Below are positions 47,904-60,854 of a stretch of DNA of 64,000 nt, in pieces; within the stretch, counting starts at the first letter, position 1, and each line of letters begins with the position of its first letter. The stretch spans positions 10,728,001 through 10,792,000 of the forward strand of contig CM075991.1 in the NCBI GenBank assembly GCA_038087875.1, given 5' to 3'. Under the pieces are notes generated by a model. It had not been told where the DNA came from. It worked only from the letters and a program-made list of their open reading frames with translations, and searched no databases. Made by a program: the position numbers and the translations under genes. Origin of the DNA: Malacoraja senta (taxonomy: Eukaryota).

Positions 47904-48890
47904 GTTTAGTGGGCTGAGACATGAGGGAGAACATGAGATTTAAAGATGGGTTGGAACGATGATGCCAGATAAATGAACCTTGCCTGCCTGGACTGCACTT
48001 TTTGGAGATGGAATCAAATCAGTAATACCCTGTGGTCAATGCAACCAAATTATATGTCAAGCCTCTTCCAAACTGCTCATGATAATTGCATCAGAGGCAA
48101 CATGAGCGGTAGAGTTGATGGGGCTGTCCCACTGTACGAGCTTCCCTTGATTCAAACTCGGAGAATTACGGTAATGGCCGCTCGTTGGTACTCGGGGCTC
48201 TCGTGGACATTTTTCAACATGTTAAACAATCTTCACGAGTCTTCACGAGCTTACCGCGTTTCCCGAGTACCTGCCGTTAGCGTTACGAGCCGCTAAGAGA
48301 CGTCCCCGAGCTCCGACGTACCCGCAACTACTTGCTACCCACGTGTTTGATTTTTTTTTAAACTCGGGAGAGCTCTTGAATTAGCTCGTACTGTGGGACG
48401 GGCCCTTTACAGTGTCAGAGACCCAGGTTCGATCATGACTACATGAGCTGTTTGTACTGAGTTTGCACATTCTCCCTGTGACCCTGTGGGTTCTCTCCAG
48501 GTGCTCCGGTTTCCTCCCACATTTCAAAGATGTGTAGGTTCGTAGGTAAATTAGCTTCGGGGAATTGTCCCCAAGGTACGTAGGATGGAGCTAGTGTAAG
48601 GGGTGATCGCTGGTCAGCGTGGACTTGGTAGGCCGAAGGGACTGTTTCCTTGCTGTATCTCCAAAGTCTAAAGTAAAGTCTAAAGTATCACTTAAGCATT
48701 GTGCTGCAATGCCTGGCTCCATTTACCCAAATCATTAAAGTGAGTAACTTTAATGTCTGCAATGATAGGAGCAGAATTAGGCCATTCGGCCCATCAAGTC
48801 AACTCCGCCATTCAATCATGGCTGATCTATCTTTCCCTCCTAACCCTTTTCTCCTGCCCTCTCCCTGTAAACCTTGTCACCTGTACTAAT

Positions 48891-49136
48891 TAAGAAGGAA
48901 CTGCAGATGCTGGAAAATCGAAGGTACACAAAAATGCTGAAGAAACTCAGCGGGTGCAGCAGCATCTATGGAGCGAAGGAAATAGGCAACGTTTCGGCCC
49001 GAAACCCTTCCGGGTTTCGACCCAAAACGTTGCCTATTTCCTCCCGAAGAAGGGTTTCGGCCCGAAACGTTGCCTATTTCCTTCGCTCCATAGATGCTGC
49101 TGCACCCGCTGAGTTTCTCCAGCATTTTTGTGTACC
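48891..49136. mobile_element. Fold-back non-autonomous Penelope-terminus insertion inside a CR1 fragment
   Basis: Inverted arms, tandem partial hammerhead motifs in the centre, flanking CTAAT direct repeat (48886-48890 and 49137-49141). Confidence 0.7.
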
Positions 49137-49741
49137 CTAATCAAGAACCTAACTACCTCTGCCTTACAAATATCCATTGGCTTGGCCTCCACAGCCGTCT
49201 GTGGCAATAAATTCCACAGATTCACCACCCTCTCGCTATAGAAATTCCTCCTCATTTCCTTCCCAAAGGAACGTCCTTTAATTCTGAGGCTGTGACCTCT
49301 GGTCCTAGGCTCTCCCACCTCCGATAGGGTCATAGTCAACGAGGACAGTGAAAAGCTTTTGTTGCGTGCTAACCAGTCGACAGAGAGACAATACATGATT
49401 ATAATCGAGCCATTCACAGTGTACAGATTCATAATAAGGTAACAACGTTTAGTTCAAGGAAGCCAGCAAAGATCAAAGATAGTTCGAGTATCACCCATGG
49501 AGTAGTTAGTAGTTCAGGACTGATCTCGAGGTGGTTCTGTTGCCTGATAACAGCAAAATGTCCCCAACATGTCTGGCTATTTGACAAACCTCCAGGAACA
49601 GACCAGTTGGAATTTCCTCCCCCCCAAACATTGTGAGGACAGAAGCCCCTCAGAAAATCTTCCCAACCCCCCTACTCTACCTCCTCCTGTATCTGAGACA
49701 CAGCCATTTGCAGCCCTAGTCAACCACACAGAACATGAAAC

Positions 49742-50235
49742 TAGGGTTGCCAACTATCTCACTCCCAAATAAGGGACGAAAAGTCAACATACGGTACAAA
49801 TTCCCGACTCGGCCGTGGCTGGGTGAATGATGAGTTGGCCCGGGTGCTGGACTGCACACAAAGCCCAGCCGGCGGGGCCAGCTGAGGAGTTTGGGCCCAA
49901 AGTCCGGCTCTCCATCCGACTCATGATCGGCCACGAGAAGGAGGGGTGGTGGTGGTGTCTGCGGTAAGCGAAGGTCCGAAGGTCGGACAGCTGGCCGGGC
50001 TGCCAACCGACGGACGGGGCCACGGGCGAGGCGCTGCTGCTGCTGCTGCTGCACTCCATGGGCTGCACTACGTTGGGATGGGTGAGGCGGGGCCGGACGC
50101 GGCACTCCGACCCGACAGCCCCCTCGACACGAGTAGTAGCGGTCAAATACGGGACAAGGGCGGTCCCGTACGGGGCAAACCAATTTAGCCCAATATATGG
50201 GATGTCCCGGCTAATACGGGACAGTTGACAACCTA
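49742..50235. mobile_element. hAT-like non-autonomous element
   Basis: TAGGGTTGCCAACT...AGTTGACAACCTA imperfect TIR, GGGAC subterminal repeats; no clear target-site duplication. Confidence 0.6.
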
Positions 50236-50321
50236 TAGTTGGTCTCGCCTCCAACCTTATTGTATAAATCTCTCAAACGATTTGTTGGTCTTCAATCGGT
50301 CTTCGAACAAAAACACCTTAC

Positions 50322-50418
50322 CCCCATCCCTACTATAATGGTCCGTTGTGTAGCATCTCTGACACTCACTCCAGGGACCACAGCTGGGCTTTGGAATCTG
50401 TCTCAGCACAAGCGGCAT
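50322..50418 (-). CDS. Candidate alternative first coding exon: MPLVLRQIPKPSCGPWSECQRCYTTDHYSRDG
   Basis: ATG at 50418, open to G|GTAAGG donor; phase 1 matches the 46454 acceptor; non-repetitive sequence, but no recognised homology. Confidence 0.3.
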
Positions 50419-52884
50419 CTGCAGGTGACCGGGGGAACCAGTCCAGCAGCTTTGGTGGACAGCAACCAAGCCTTTGGTACTCCGCTTCCGTTTTCTGTTG
50501 GCTTACCACCACAGTGCTGGGCTTCTGCCTAGAGAGGGTGATCCCATGAAACGGACTCTTAATGCCTGCCAGCCTTCCCCTGTGCAGCTCGGACCTGGGT
50601 CAAATGAAAGCTTTGTCACACACCCGGAAACAAAGTATTTTTGCCGGGCCCTCTTTCTCGCTGTTCGCAGTACCTATCATTTCCAACACTGCTGGATCTT
50701 CTAAGCTGCAAGTGAAACATTCTGACTGTGAAGCAATTGTAACTAATTCTTCTGGGCTGGAATTTCAGTTCCTATGGTTACTAAGCAATTCTACAACTCT
50801 GCTGTCTTGTAGAACGCTCTCTTAAAGCGGTGACAGAGGGCAGGTCCGACAGCTCGAAGTGCTTTATTCTCTTGCAACCTAGTCAAAGAACTTTTAACTC
50901 AACGTAGATGCGACGGGATTGTACGGGGGCTACCTTCTGCTGTGAGGAGTGTGGTTGATGTTTGCAACCAACCAGAGACAATAGACAATAGACAATAGGT
51001 GCAGGATTAGGCCATTCGGCCCTTCGAGCCAGCACCGCCATTCAATGTGATCATGGCTGATCATCCCCAATCAGTACCCCGTTCCTGCCTTCTCCCCATA
51101 TCCCCTGACTCCGCTATTTTTAAGAGCCCTATCTAGTTCTCTCTTGAAAGCATCCAGAGAACCGGCCTCCACTGCCCTCTGAGGCAGAGAATTCCACAGA
51201 CTCACCACTCTCTGTGAGAAAAAGTGTTTGCACTCTCTGTGAGAAAAAGTGATCCATTGACTATTGACCTTCTGTTGGAATAGTGTCCAGGCCAAAGGCA
51301 ACACGCAGACACTCTCGTGCAGGAAGGAACCGCAGATGCTGCTTTGAACCGAAGATAGACGCAAAATGCTGGAGTAACTCAGCGGGACAGGCAGCATCTC
51401 TGGGGAGAAGGAATGGGTGACGTTTCGACCCGCAACGTCACCCATTCCTTCTCAAGAGTTCAAGAGAGTTATTATTGTCATGTGTCCCTGATAGGACAAT
51501 GAAATTCTTGCTTTGCTTTAGCACAACAGAACATAGTAGGCATGAATACAGAACAGATCAGTGTGTCCATATACCATTGTATAAATATATACACACAGGA
51601 ATAAATAAACTGATAAAGTGCAAATTAACAGATTATTGGCTATTAATGTTCAGAGTTTTGTCCGAGCCGAGTTTAATAGCCTGATGGCTGTGGGGACGAT
51701 GCTGTTCCTGACCCCTTCTCTCCAGAGACGCTGCCTGTCCAGCTGAGTTACTCCAGCTTTTTGTGGCTACATGCATACTCCTTGGAGTGATAGAGTCATA
51801 GAGAGAGACACAGCACAGAGGCAGGCCCTTCGGCCCACCGAATCTGCTCCGGCCCATTTACACTAATCCTACCTTATTGGGTGGGAGGGGGGGGGGGGGA
51901 GGTCAAGTATGTAGTGGATATGGATGATAACATTGCAATTTGATAATGATTTAATTGATGTTTGCAGATTGCTGGGCAGTTGTGAACTTTCCAGTACATT
52001 GTAACTGCGATTATGGATTAGGGGTGACACAAAGGCACAACGGTAAAATTGCTGCCACACAGCATCAGAGACCCAAGTTCGATGCTGACAATGGGTGCTG
52101 TCTGTACGGAGTTTGTACGTTTTCCCTGTGACCACGTGGGTTTTCTCCGGGTGCTCCGGCCTCTTCCCACGCTTCAAAGACGTGCAGGTTTGTGGGTTAA
52201 TTGACCTCTGTAAATTGTCCCGAGTGTGCGGTATAGAGCTAGTGTACGGGGTTGATCGCTGGTCCGCGCGGACTCAGTGGCCCGAAGGACCCGTTTCCAC
52301 CCTTGGCGGTCGCAGGAACGGCGGCTAAGTTTGGTAACTTATTGTACTCTCAAAATAGCTTCTTAGCTCACAGGTTCTTACAACACGTCTGGCCACAACG
52401 GTGGTCGGCTCTCAACTGCCGCACGAAAGCGAAACCGCGCGAAAACTAGCAGCCCGTCACGAGTCACGTGACCGCAGCTTCCGAACGCCGGGTTCGATAC
52501 CTGCGTGTGCTGCTACACCATGTTGTATCTTTCAAAGTCTAATACAAGCAGGCCCTTGGGCCCACCGAGTCTGCACTGACCACAGACTGCCCATTTACAC
52601 TAACTCTACATGAATAGGGAGCAGGGTAATGGACATTGGTGATAACATTGCAATATGATGGTTGACTGATTGGTGTTGGCAAACTGCTGGGCAGCTTTCC
52701 AGTGATCTAACTGTGATTATGAAATAAAACCTCCTTGTTATGGATAAAAAAATTCTCCCCACATCCTCAAGAACTCACCCTGGATTCCACCTCTCACCGA
52801 CACACTAGGGGACGTCGACAGTGACCAATTAATCTACAAACCCACTCGCCTTTCAGATGTGGGAGGAAACCCAAGCACCCAAGG

Positions 52885-53365
52885 TTAATACAAGATTAAT
52901 TCCCGGGATGGCGGGACTGTCATATGCTGAGAGAATGGAGCAGCTGGGCTTGTACACTCTGGAGTTTAGGATGAGAGGATTTTTGAAACATATAAGATTG
53001 TTAAGGGTTTGGACCACGCTGGAGGCAGGAAACATGTTCCCAATGTTGGGGGAGTCCAGAACTAGGGGCCACAGTTTAAGAATAAGGAGTAAGCCATTTA
53101 GAACGGAGACGAGGAAACACTTTTTCTCACGGAGAGTGGTGAGGCTGTGGAATTCTCTGCCTCAGTGGACGGTGGAGGCAGGTTCTCGGGATGCTTTCAA
53201 GAGAGAGCTAGATAGGGCTCTTAAAAATAGCGGAGTCAGGGGACATGGGGAGAAGGCAGGAATGGGATACTGATTGGGGATGATCAGCCATGATCACATT
53301 GAATGGCGGTGCTGGCTCAAAGGGCCGAATGGCCTACTCTTGCACCTATTGTCTATTGTCTATTG
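52885..53365 (+). mobile_element. CR1-clade LINE 3' fragment (family C, CTATTGT tail)
   Basis: [18 protein letters not shown]...RTRGHSL. Confidence 0.88.
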
Positions 53366-54460
53366 GCTATTGTTACCCGGAGGAAACCCATGCGGTTGCA
53401 GGCAGAACGTTTAAACTCCGCACAGACAACGCCCGATGGCAGGATTGAACCCGGGTCTGTGGTCTCAGAATTGAAAGCAGCCCTACTAGCCGTCCCACTG
53501 TGCCGCCCTTAGCAACACTTTCTGGTTTCTCCCCCCCTAATCCCAAAGACATCCCAGTTGGCAGGATGATTGGTCACCATGGATTGTCTCAAGTGGGTGG
53601 GTGAGGGGGCAGAATTGCAGGAAAATGGAGGAACGTGAAAATTGTATGAAGATTGGTTTAGTCTTCATGAGTTGTGATGGCTAGCACGGACTCAGTGGGC
53701 CAAAAGACCTGGTTTACCGCTAAGTCTCGGCGGACATCTTATAGAAACATATAAAATTATAAAAGGACTGGACAAGATAGATGCTAGGAAAAATGTTGGG
53801 CGAGTCCAGAACCAGGGGCCACAGTCTCAGAATAAAGGGGAGGTCATTTAAGACTGAGGTGAGAAAAAACGTTTTCACCCAGAGAGTTGTGAATTTGTGG
53901 AATTCCCTGCCACAGTGGGCAGTGGAGGCCAAGTCACTGGATGGATTTAAGAGAGTTAGATAGAGCTCTAGGGGCTAGTGGAGTCAAGGGATATGGGGAG
54001 AAGGCAGGCACGGGTTATTGATAGGGAACGATCAGCCACGATCACAATGAATGGCGGTGCTGGCTCGAAGGACCGAATGGCCTCCTCCTGCACCTGCTTT
54101 CTATGTTTCTATGTTTCTATGACTCAATCACAAATTAAACTGCAATTGCAAACTCTGTCTGGTTTGTAGGTTCTTCCTGGGACCGCGTGGGTTTTCTCCG
54201 GGTGCTCTGGTTTCCACCCACATTTGTAAAGATGTGCAGGTTTGCAGGTTAATCGGCTTCTGTAAATTATCCCTAGTGTGTCGGATAGAACTAGTGTATG
54301 GGTCAGCATGTACTCAGTGGGCCGAGGGGCCAGTTTCCACACAGCATTTCTGAACTAAACTGCACTAAACTAATCTAATCTAAACTAAACTAAACACCCA
54401 CACAGCATCAGTCAATGGCTTTGTGCGTATACGTTGATCAACATATATGCACAAAGCCAC

Positions 54461-55020
54461 AGAAACATAGAAACATAGAAAATAGGTGCAGGAGTAGGCC
54501 ATTCGGCCCTTCGAGCCTGCACCGCCATTCAATATGATCATGGCGGATCATCCAACTCAGTATCCTGTACCTGCCTTCTCTCCATACCCCCTGATCCCTT
54601 TAGCCACAAGCGCCACATCTAACTCCCTCTTAAATATAGCAAATGAACTGGCCTCAACTACATTCTGTGGCAGAGAATTCCACAGATTCACCACTCTCTG
54701 TGTGAATTTTTTTTTTCTCATCTCGGTCCTAAAAGATTTCCCCCTTATCGTTAAACTGTGACCCCTTGTTCTGGACTTCCCCAACATCGGGAACAATCTT
54801 CCTGCATCTAGCCTGTCCAACCCCTTAAGAATTTTGTAAGTTTCTATAAGATCCCCCCTCAATCTTCTAAATTCTAGCGAGTACAAGCCGAGTCTATCCA
54901 GTCTTTCCTCATATGAAAGTCCTGCCATCCCAGGAATCAGTCTGGTGAAAATTCTCTGTACTCCCTCTATGGCAAGAATGTCCTTCCTCAGATTAGGAGA
55001 CCAAAACTGTACGCAATACT
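54461..55020 (-). mobile_element. CR1-clade LINE 3' fragment (family A)
   Basis: ORF 54557-54928 plus tail. Confidence 0.9.
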
Positions 55021-57117
55021 AATATATTGACTAATATAACTGTTCTAATGCATATAATATAACATAATCATTGCATTATTTTGAAGATAGACACAAAAAG
55101 CTGGAGTAACTCAACGGGTCAGGCAGCATTCTTGGCGAAAAGGAATAGGTGACGTTTCGGGTCGAGAACCTTCTTCTGAAGAATGGTCTTGACCTGAAAT
55201 GTCACCTATTCCTTTTCTCCATAGATGCTGTCTGACCCGCTGAGTTACTCCAGCTTTTTGTGTCTACCTTCCCGCACATTGCATTATTTTGAGTTGCCTT
55301 TGACTCTTCGCCCAGTGACCCACCATACAAAGACATGCTCCTGCCCCATGCGGCAATCCCATCGGTCACAGAAATCCCATCCACCGGCCCACCCCATCGA
55401 TACTTCACGCTGCCTCGGGAAAGCAGCCAACAAAAGCAAGGTCCCACTCTCACTCTGGTCATTCGCTCTTCTCCCCTCTCAAGATACAAAAGCTTGCATT
55501 TGCTTTTGTGCCACTAGATTTAAAAAACAGTTTCTTCCCTGCTGCTGTCAGACTCTTAAACCTGAATTCCTGATCTTCCAACCTTCCCCCTTGTGGCCCA
55601 TGCACTTTAAAAAAAATCTTCACTTTCCTACATAGCTGTACCAGTTTGTTCTACACTCTGTTTATCTTCTCTTTTGCTCTGTCCATGTACGGTATAATAG
55701 ACAATAGACAATAGGTGCAGGAGTAGGCCATTCGGCCCTTCGAGCCTGCACCACCATTCAATGTGATCATGGCTGATCATCCCCAATCAGTACCCCGTTC
55801 CTGCCTTCTCCCCATATCCCCTGACTCTGCTATTTTTAAGAGCCCTATCTAGCTCTCTCTTGAAAGCATCCAGAGAACCTGCCTCCACCGCCCTCTGAGG
55901 CAGAGAATTCCACAGACTGTCTAGAAAGTTGGCAAAACAGGGCAACGTTTTTCGTTATGCATGTATGCAGTAATAAACCTCTGGTGACATGAATAGCTAC
56001 ACAAATACCAGGCTTTGGTGGGCAGCAGGTGAGTCGACTCCTTGTCTTCATGGGTTGACCTTAACTGGACGCACCGAATCATCCCACTGCAGCGAGGAGC
56101 CTTTCTGGTGAAAGACGTGCGACTTTTAAAATCTGACCACCACCGTCGCCCCCCAAGGTGGGCTCCAGCCTCATGCCCGGAGAACGCCCTTGACGCCGAG
56201 AGCTTCCTCCTCTGTGCCACAGAGGCGAGGGTGAACCATTCGCCCGGCGGTCGTGAAACCAAAACTCTCGGGGGGGGTAGAGTCCCGGGCGAAAACAAAA
56301 GCCTCGAGTTGAGCAAACACTCACCCTTTCTTGCAGTGACCCAGTTACAAGCAATCCCTCTGCTGAAGCGATTCAGTTGCAGCCTCTGTGGCGCAAAGCG
56401 TTAACAGCCCAGCTGAGTGAAACTGCTTGCATTACATCAGTTCTGTTCTGGCCACAACACAAACACCCCATTGCTGGTTGCTAGAAGCACATGATAAAGT
56501 AACGACAACCACCACCACGGTTTCACTCCTACCTGGTTCGCTCTCACCCATTTTGCGACACACACACACACACACAACAACAGCAGGCCTCTCTCTATGT
56601 GCTCGGGATAAGTTGCGGCTCATTCAAGAGTGTGTGTCAAAGTCTGTTACACAGAGCCCCTGGCCCTGGAGATTAAACGGAATAGCGCGCTCTTTGCTGA
56701 GTTGAGTCCTATTGATGCCCATGCCAAACACAGCGGAGCTTACCCATTTCAATTCCGAGAAAGCTTTGACCTTAACTATTCCCAAGCCTTCCCTCAAGGG
56801 CTATTCGGCGCACTGATAAAAAAATGCCCCAATGTGAAAAATGAAACGGGTTTTGCCATTGCCTTTGAAACCGTCAGGGTGACACTTGTTGAAATCAAAG
56901 TTTGGCATGGCATTAGATGAATCTTATATCTTAAAGTAATTTTGCACCCTATGTTTGTAATAATTCTATAAATGCAGCCCACGTCAGGTGGAAGTGATCT
57001 GGTTTACCTGCTAGGAGGAGTCTTATCTCTTCTAGGTGTAATGTTTCAAACATATTTGAAATCCACATATTGAATCTTATATCTTATCTGGATTATACCC
57101 CATGGAGGGAGAACGAG

Positions 57118-57846
57118 AGGACATTATAGCCATAGAGGGAGTACAGAGAAGGTTCACCACACTGATTCCTGGGATGTCAGGGCTTTCATATGAAGAAAGA
57201 CTGGATATACTTGGCTTATACTCGCTAGAATTTAGGAGATTGAGAGGGGATCTTATAGAAACGTACAAAATTCTTATGGGGTTGGACAGGCTACATGCAA
57301 GAAGATTGTTCCCGATGTTGGGGAAGTCCGGGACAAGGGGGTCACAGCTTAAGGATAAGGGGGAAATCCTTTAAGACCGAGATGAGGAAAAACTTTTTCA
57401 CACAGAGAGTGGTGAATCTCTGGAACACTCTGCGCGCTATCCAGTCAGTGAAAAGACTATACCGTACATGATCACAATCGAGCTGTCTGCAGCGGACAGA
57501 TACAAAATAAAGGGAATCATGTTTTGTGCAAGATATAGTCAGGTAATCTGAGTCTCCACTGAGGTAGATGGTGAGTCAGGCCTGCTCTCACATTCGTGAT
57601 AGGATGGTTCAGTTGCCTAATCTCTGGAACTCTCTGCCACAGAGGGTAGTTGAGGCCAGTTCATTGGCTATATTTAAGAGGGAGTTAGATGTGGCCCTTG
57701 TGGCTAAGGGGATCAGGGGGTATGGAGAGAAGGCAGGTATGGGATACTGAGTTGGATGATCAGCCATGATCATATTGAATGGCGGTGCAGGCTCGAAGGG
57801 CCGAATGGCCTACTCCTGCACCTATTTTCTATGTATCTATGTATCT
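57118..57846 (+). mobile_element. CR1 family A fragment interrupted at about 57431-57617 by a copy of the 44.5-kb segment
   Basis: CR1 ORF2 motifs on both sides of the foreign segment. Confidence 0.85.
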
Positions 57847-58300
57847 GTGAGAGGCATTTGGCAGGGTAGATGTTCCCTTGATCATTTACCCTCAGAAGGG
57901 CATCGAGAAGCCGGGGGTTTAATTTCAGAACGGGAGGCGCGTTCATTTAATATGGGGATTGTGATGGAGTTCTTCTCTTGGACAGCGGTGACCCTTTTGT
58001 AATTCTCCAACCCAGAGAACCATGGAGGTAGAGTCATAGAAGCTATCCAAGGCTGTACCGAGGAGTCAAGGGTTATGAGGTGAAGAATCCAAACAGCCAT
58101 AGTTTTATTGAAGTGTGAAGCAGACTAGAGGGGCAGAATGGTCTCCTTCTGCTGCTAAATCTTTATGCTTGTGGTCTTATCCAGGACTGAACCTTGCTCA
58201 GGGGAGCAAGGGTGCTCAACTTCGAACAGCATGAGGAGGGAGCAATTTCGAGATGTTTTTCCATTCCTCTGAGCAGAACAGCTCTGACTGTTTTGAGTAT

Positions 58301-58931
58301 AGGATTTGAGTATAGGAGCAGGGAGGTTCTACTGCAGTTGTACAGGGTCTTGGTGAGACCACACCTGGAGTATTGCGTACAGTTTTGGTCTCCAAATCTG
58401 AGGAAAGACATTCTTGCCATAGAGGGAGTACAGAGAAGGTTCACCAGACTGATTCCTGGGATGTCAGGACTTTCATATGAAGAAAGACTGGATAGACTCG
58501 GCTTGTACTCGCTAGAATTTAGAAGATTGAGGGGGGATCTTATACAAACTTACAAAATTCTTAAGGGGTTGGACAGGCTAGATGCAGGAAGATTGTTCCC
58601 GATGTTGGGGAAGTCCAGGACAAGGGGTCACAGTTTAAGGATAATGGGGATATCCTTTAGGACCGAGATGAGAAAAACATGTTTCACACAGAGAGTGGTA
58701 AATCTCTGGAACTCTCTGCCACAGAGGGTAGTTGAGGACAGTTCATGGGCTATATTTAAGAGGGTGTTAGATGTGGCCCTTGTGGCTAAAGGGATCAGGG
58801 GGTATGGAGAGAAGGCAGGTACAGGATACTGAGTTGGATGATCAGCCATGATCATATTGAATGGCGGTGCAGGCTCGAAGGGCCGAATGGCCTACTCCTG
58901 CACCTATTTTCTATGTTTCTATGTTTCTATG
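58301..58931 (+). mobile_element. CR1 family A fragment, tail-to-tail with a short inverted CR1 tail (58935-59025)
   Basis: C-terminal part of ORF 58194-58832 plus tail. Confidence 0.9.
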
Positions 58932-59450
58932 ACTGAAACATAGAAACATAGAAAATAGGTGCAGGAGTAGGCCATTCGGCCCTTCGAGCCTGCACCGCCA
59001 TTCAATGTGATCATGGCTGATCATGAACTACTTCCATCTGGAGGGCAAAGCTGGGTCTGTGTTCTGAATGAGAACGTGACCTAAGTCTACCTTCAGCCAA
59101 CTCGCCCCCTCTTCCAGACTCCTGATGAACAGCAGTAACTCCAGGGACAGAAAGTGCTGGAGTAACTCAACGGGTCAGGCAGCATCTCTGGACAAAATGG
59201 ACATGTGACGTTTCAGGTTGAGGCCATTCTTCAGACTCAGACTCAGTAACTCCAAGGTTACAAAGGGCTGGAATAACTCAGTGGGCCAGGCAGCATCTTT
59301 GGACAACATGAATTGGAGACCCTTCTTTAGACTCAGTAATTTAGACAATAGGTACAGGAGTAGGCCATTTGGCCCTTCGTCTGAACATACTCCTGGCTCT
59401 TTCCATGGCTGGATGGTCAACAAACCTCTTCCATAAAAAAATGGCCACAA

Positions 59451-59980
59451 ATAGACAATAGACAATAGGTGCAGGAGTAGGCCATTCGGCCCTTCGTGCC
59501 AGCACCGCCATTCAATGTGATCATGGTTGATCATCCACAATCAGTACCCCGTTCCTGCCTTCTCCCCAAATCCCTGGACTCCACTATCTTTAAGAGCTCT
59601 ATCTAACTCTCTCTTGAAAGCATCCAGAGAATTGGATCCTGAATTGGATCCAGAGTCTCCACTGCCTTTGGAGGCAGAGAATTCCACAGATTCACAACTC
59701 TCTGGGTAAAATTTTTTTTACTCATCTCTGTTCAAAATGGCCTATCGCTTATTCTTAAACTGTGGCCCCTGGTTCTGGACTCCCCCAACATCGGGAACAT
59801 GTATCCTGCCTCTAGTTTGTCCAATCCCTTAATAATCTTATATGTTTCAATAAGATCCCCTCTCATCCTAAATTCTTGAACGTACAAGCCCAGCTGCTCC
59901 ATTCTCTCAGCATATGACAGTCCCGCCATCCTGGAAATTAACCTCGTGAACCTACAATGCACTCCCTCAATAGCAAGAAT
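59451..59980 (-). mobile_element. CR1 family C fragment
   Basis: ORF 59732-59989 plus CTATTGT tail. Confidence 0.85.
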
Positions 59981-60854
59981 TCTGGGCATTACTAAAACTT
60001 TGTGGGGATGGGAGAGGGAGAGAGAGAGAGGGAGGGAAGGGTGACTAGGAAGCGAGCTGCTGGAAGGATAGGCGACGGGTAGTTTATGTCTTTGTAGATG
60101 GTTGTTGGGTGGGTGGGGAGAGAAGTGCCCTTGGCTGGTATCACAACCTTACTCATTGGGCAGGGGAATGACCAAGCGGAGGTGTGGGTCAACATGGCCA
60201 GGGTGAGTTTGGACAGGCTGGAGGAGCAGAAGGACTTCCTCCTGCTGCGATCTGCTCCGTAATTGAGTTGTGGGGGATAGTAGACAGCAGTCAGATTAAC
60301 ATCATGCACAGAGGGGACTTTGACTTGCTCCAACCTAGTATTGAATGAATGAGTGAATGAATAAGTTTATTGGCCAAGTATTCACATACAAGGAATTTGC
60401 CTTGGTGCTCCACCCGCAGGTGACAACATGACATACAGTGACAGTTAGGAATGCCAGATAAAACATTAAACATTAATAATAAAACATTATTGATTAAACA
60501 TGTGATCGGCAGGCAAGGTTTGATGCAGAGCTGTGTTGTGTGTAAGATGTTTAGGAAGGAACTGCAGATGCTGGTTTAGGCCGAAGATAGATACAAATAG
60601 CTGGAGTAACCTAAGCATCTCTGGAGACAAGGAATAGGTGACGTTTCGGGTCGAGACCCTCCTTCAGACTGGGTCAGGGGAAAGGGCAAGATATAGGTAC
60701 ATAGAACAAATGAAGTACTCCAACCACATTTCCTTGATCATCGGTGCTTTTTTCATATCTTTCATTCATTTGTTCTATGTACCTTGTCTTTCTCTCCTTT
60801 CCCCTAAACCCTCAGCCCAAAGGAGGGTCTCGACCCAACGATTCCTTTCTGGAG

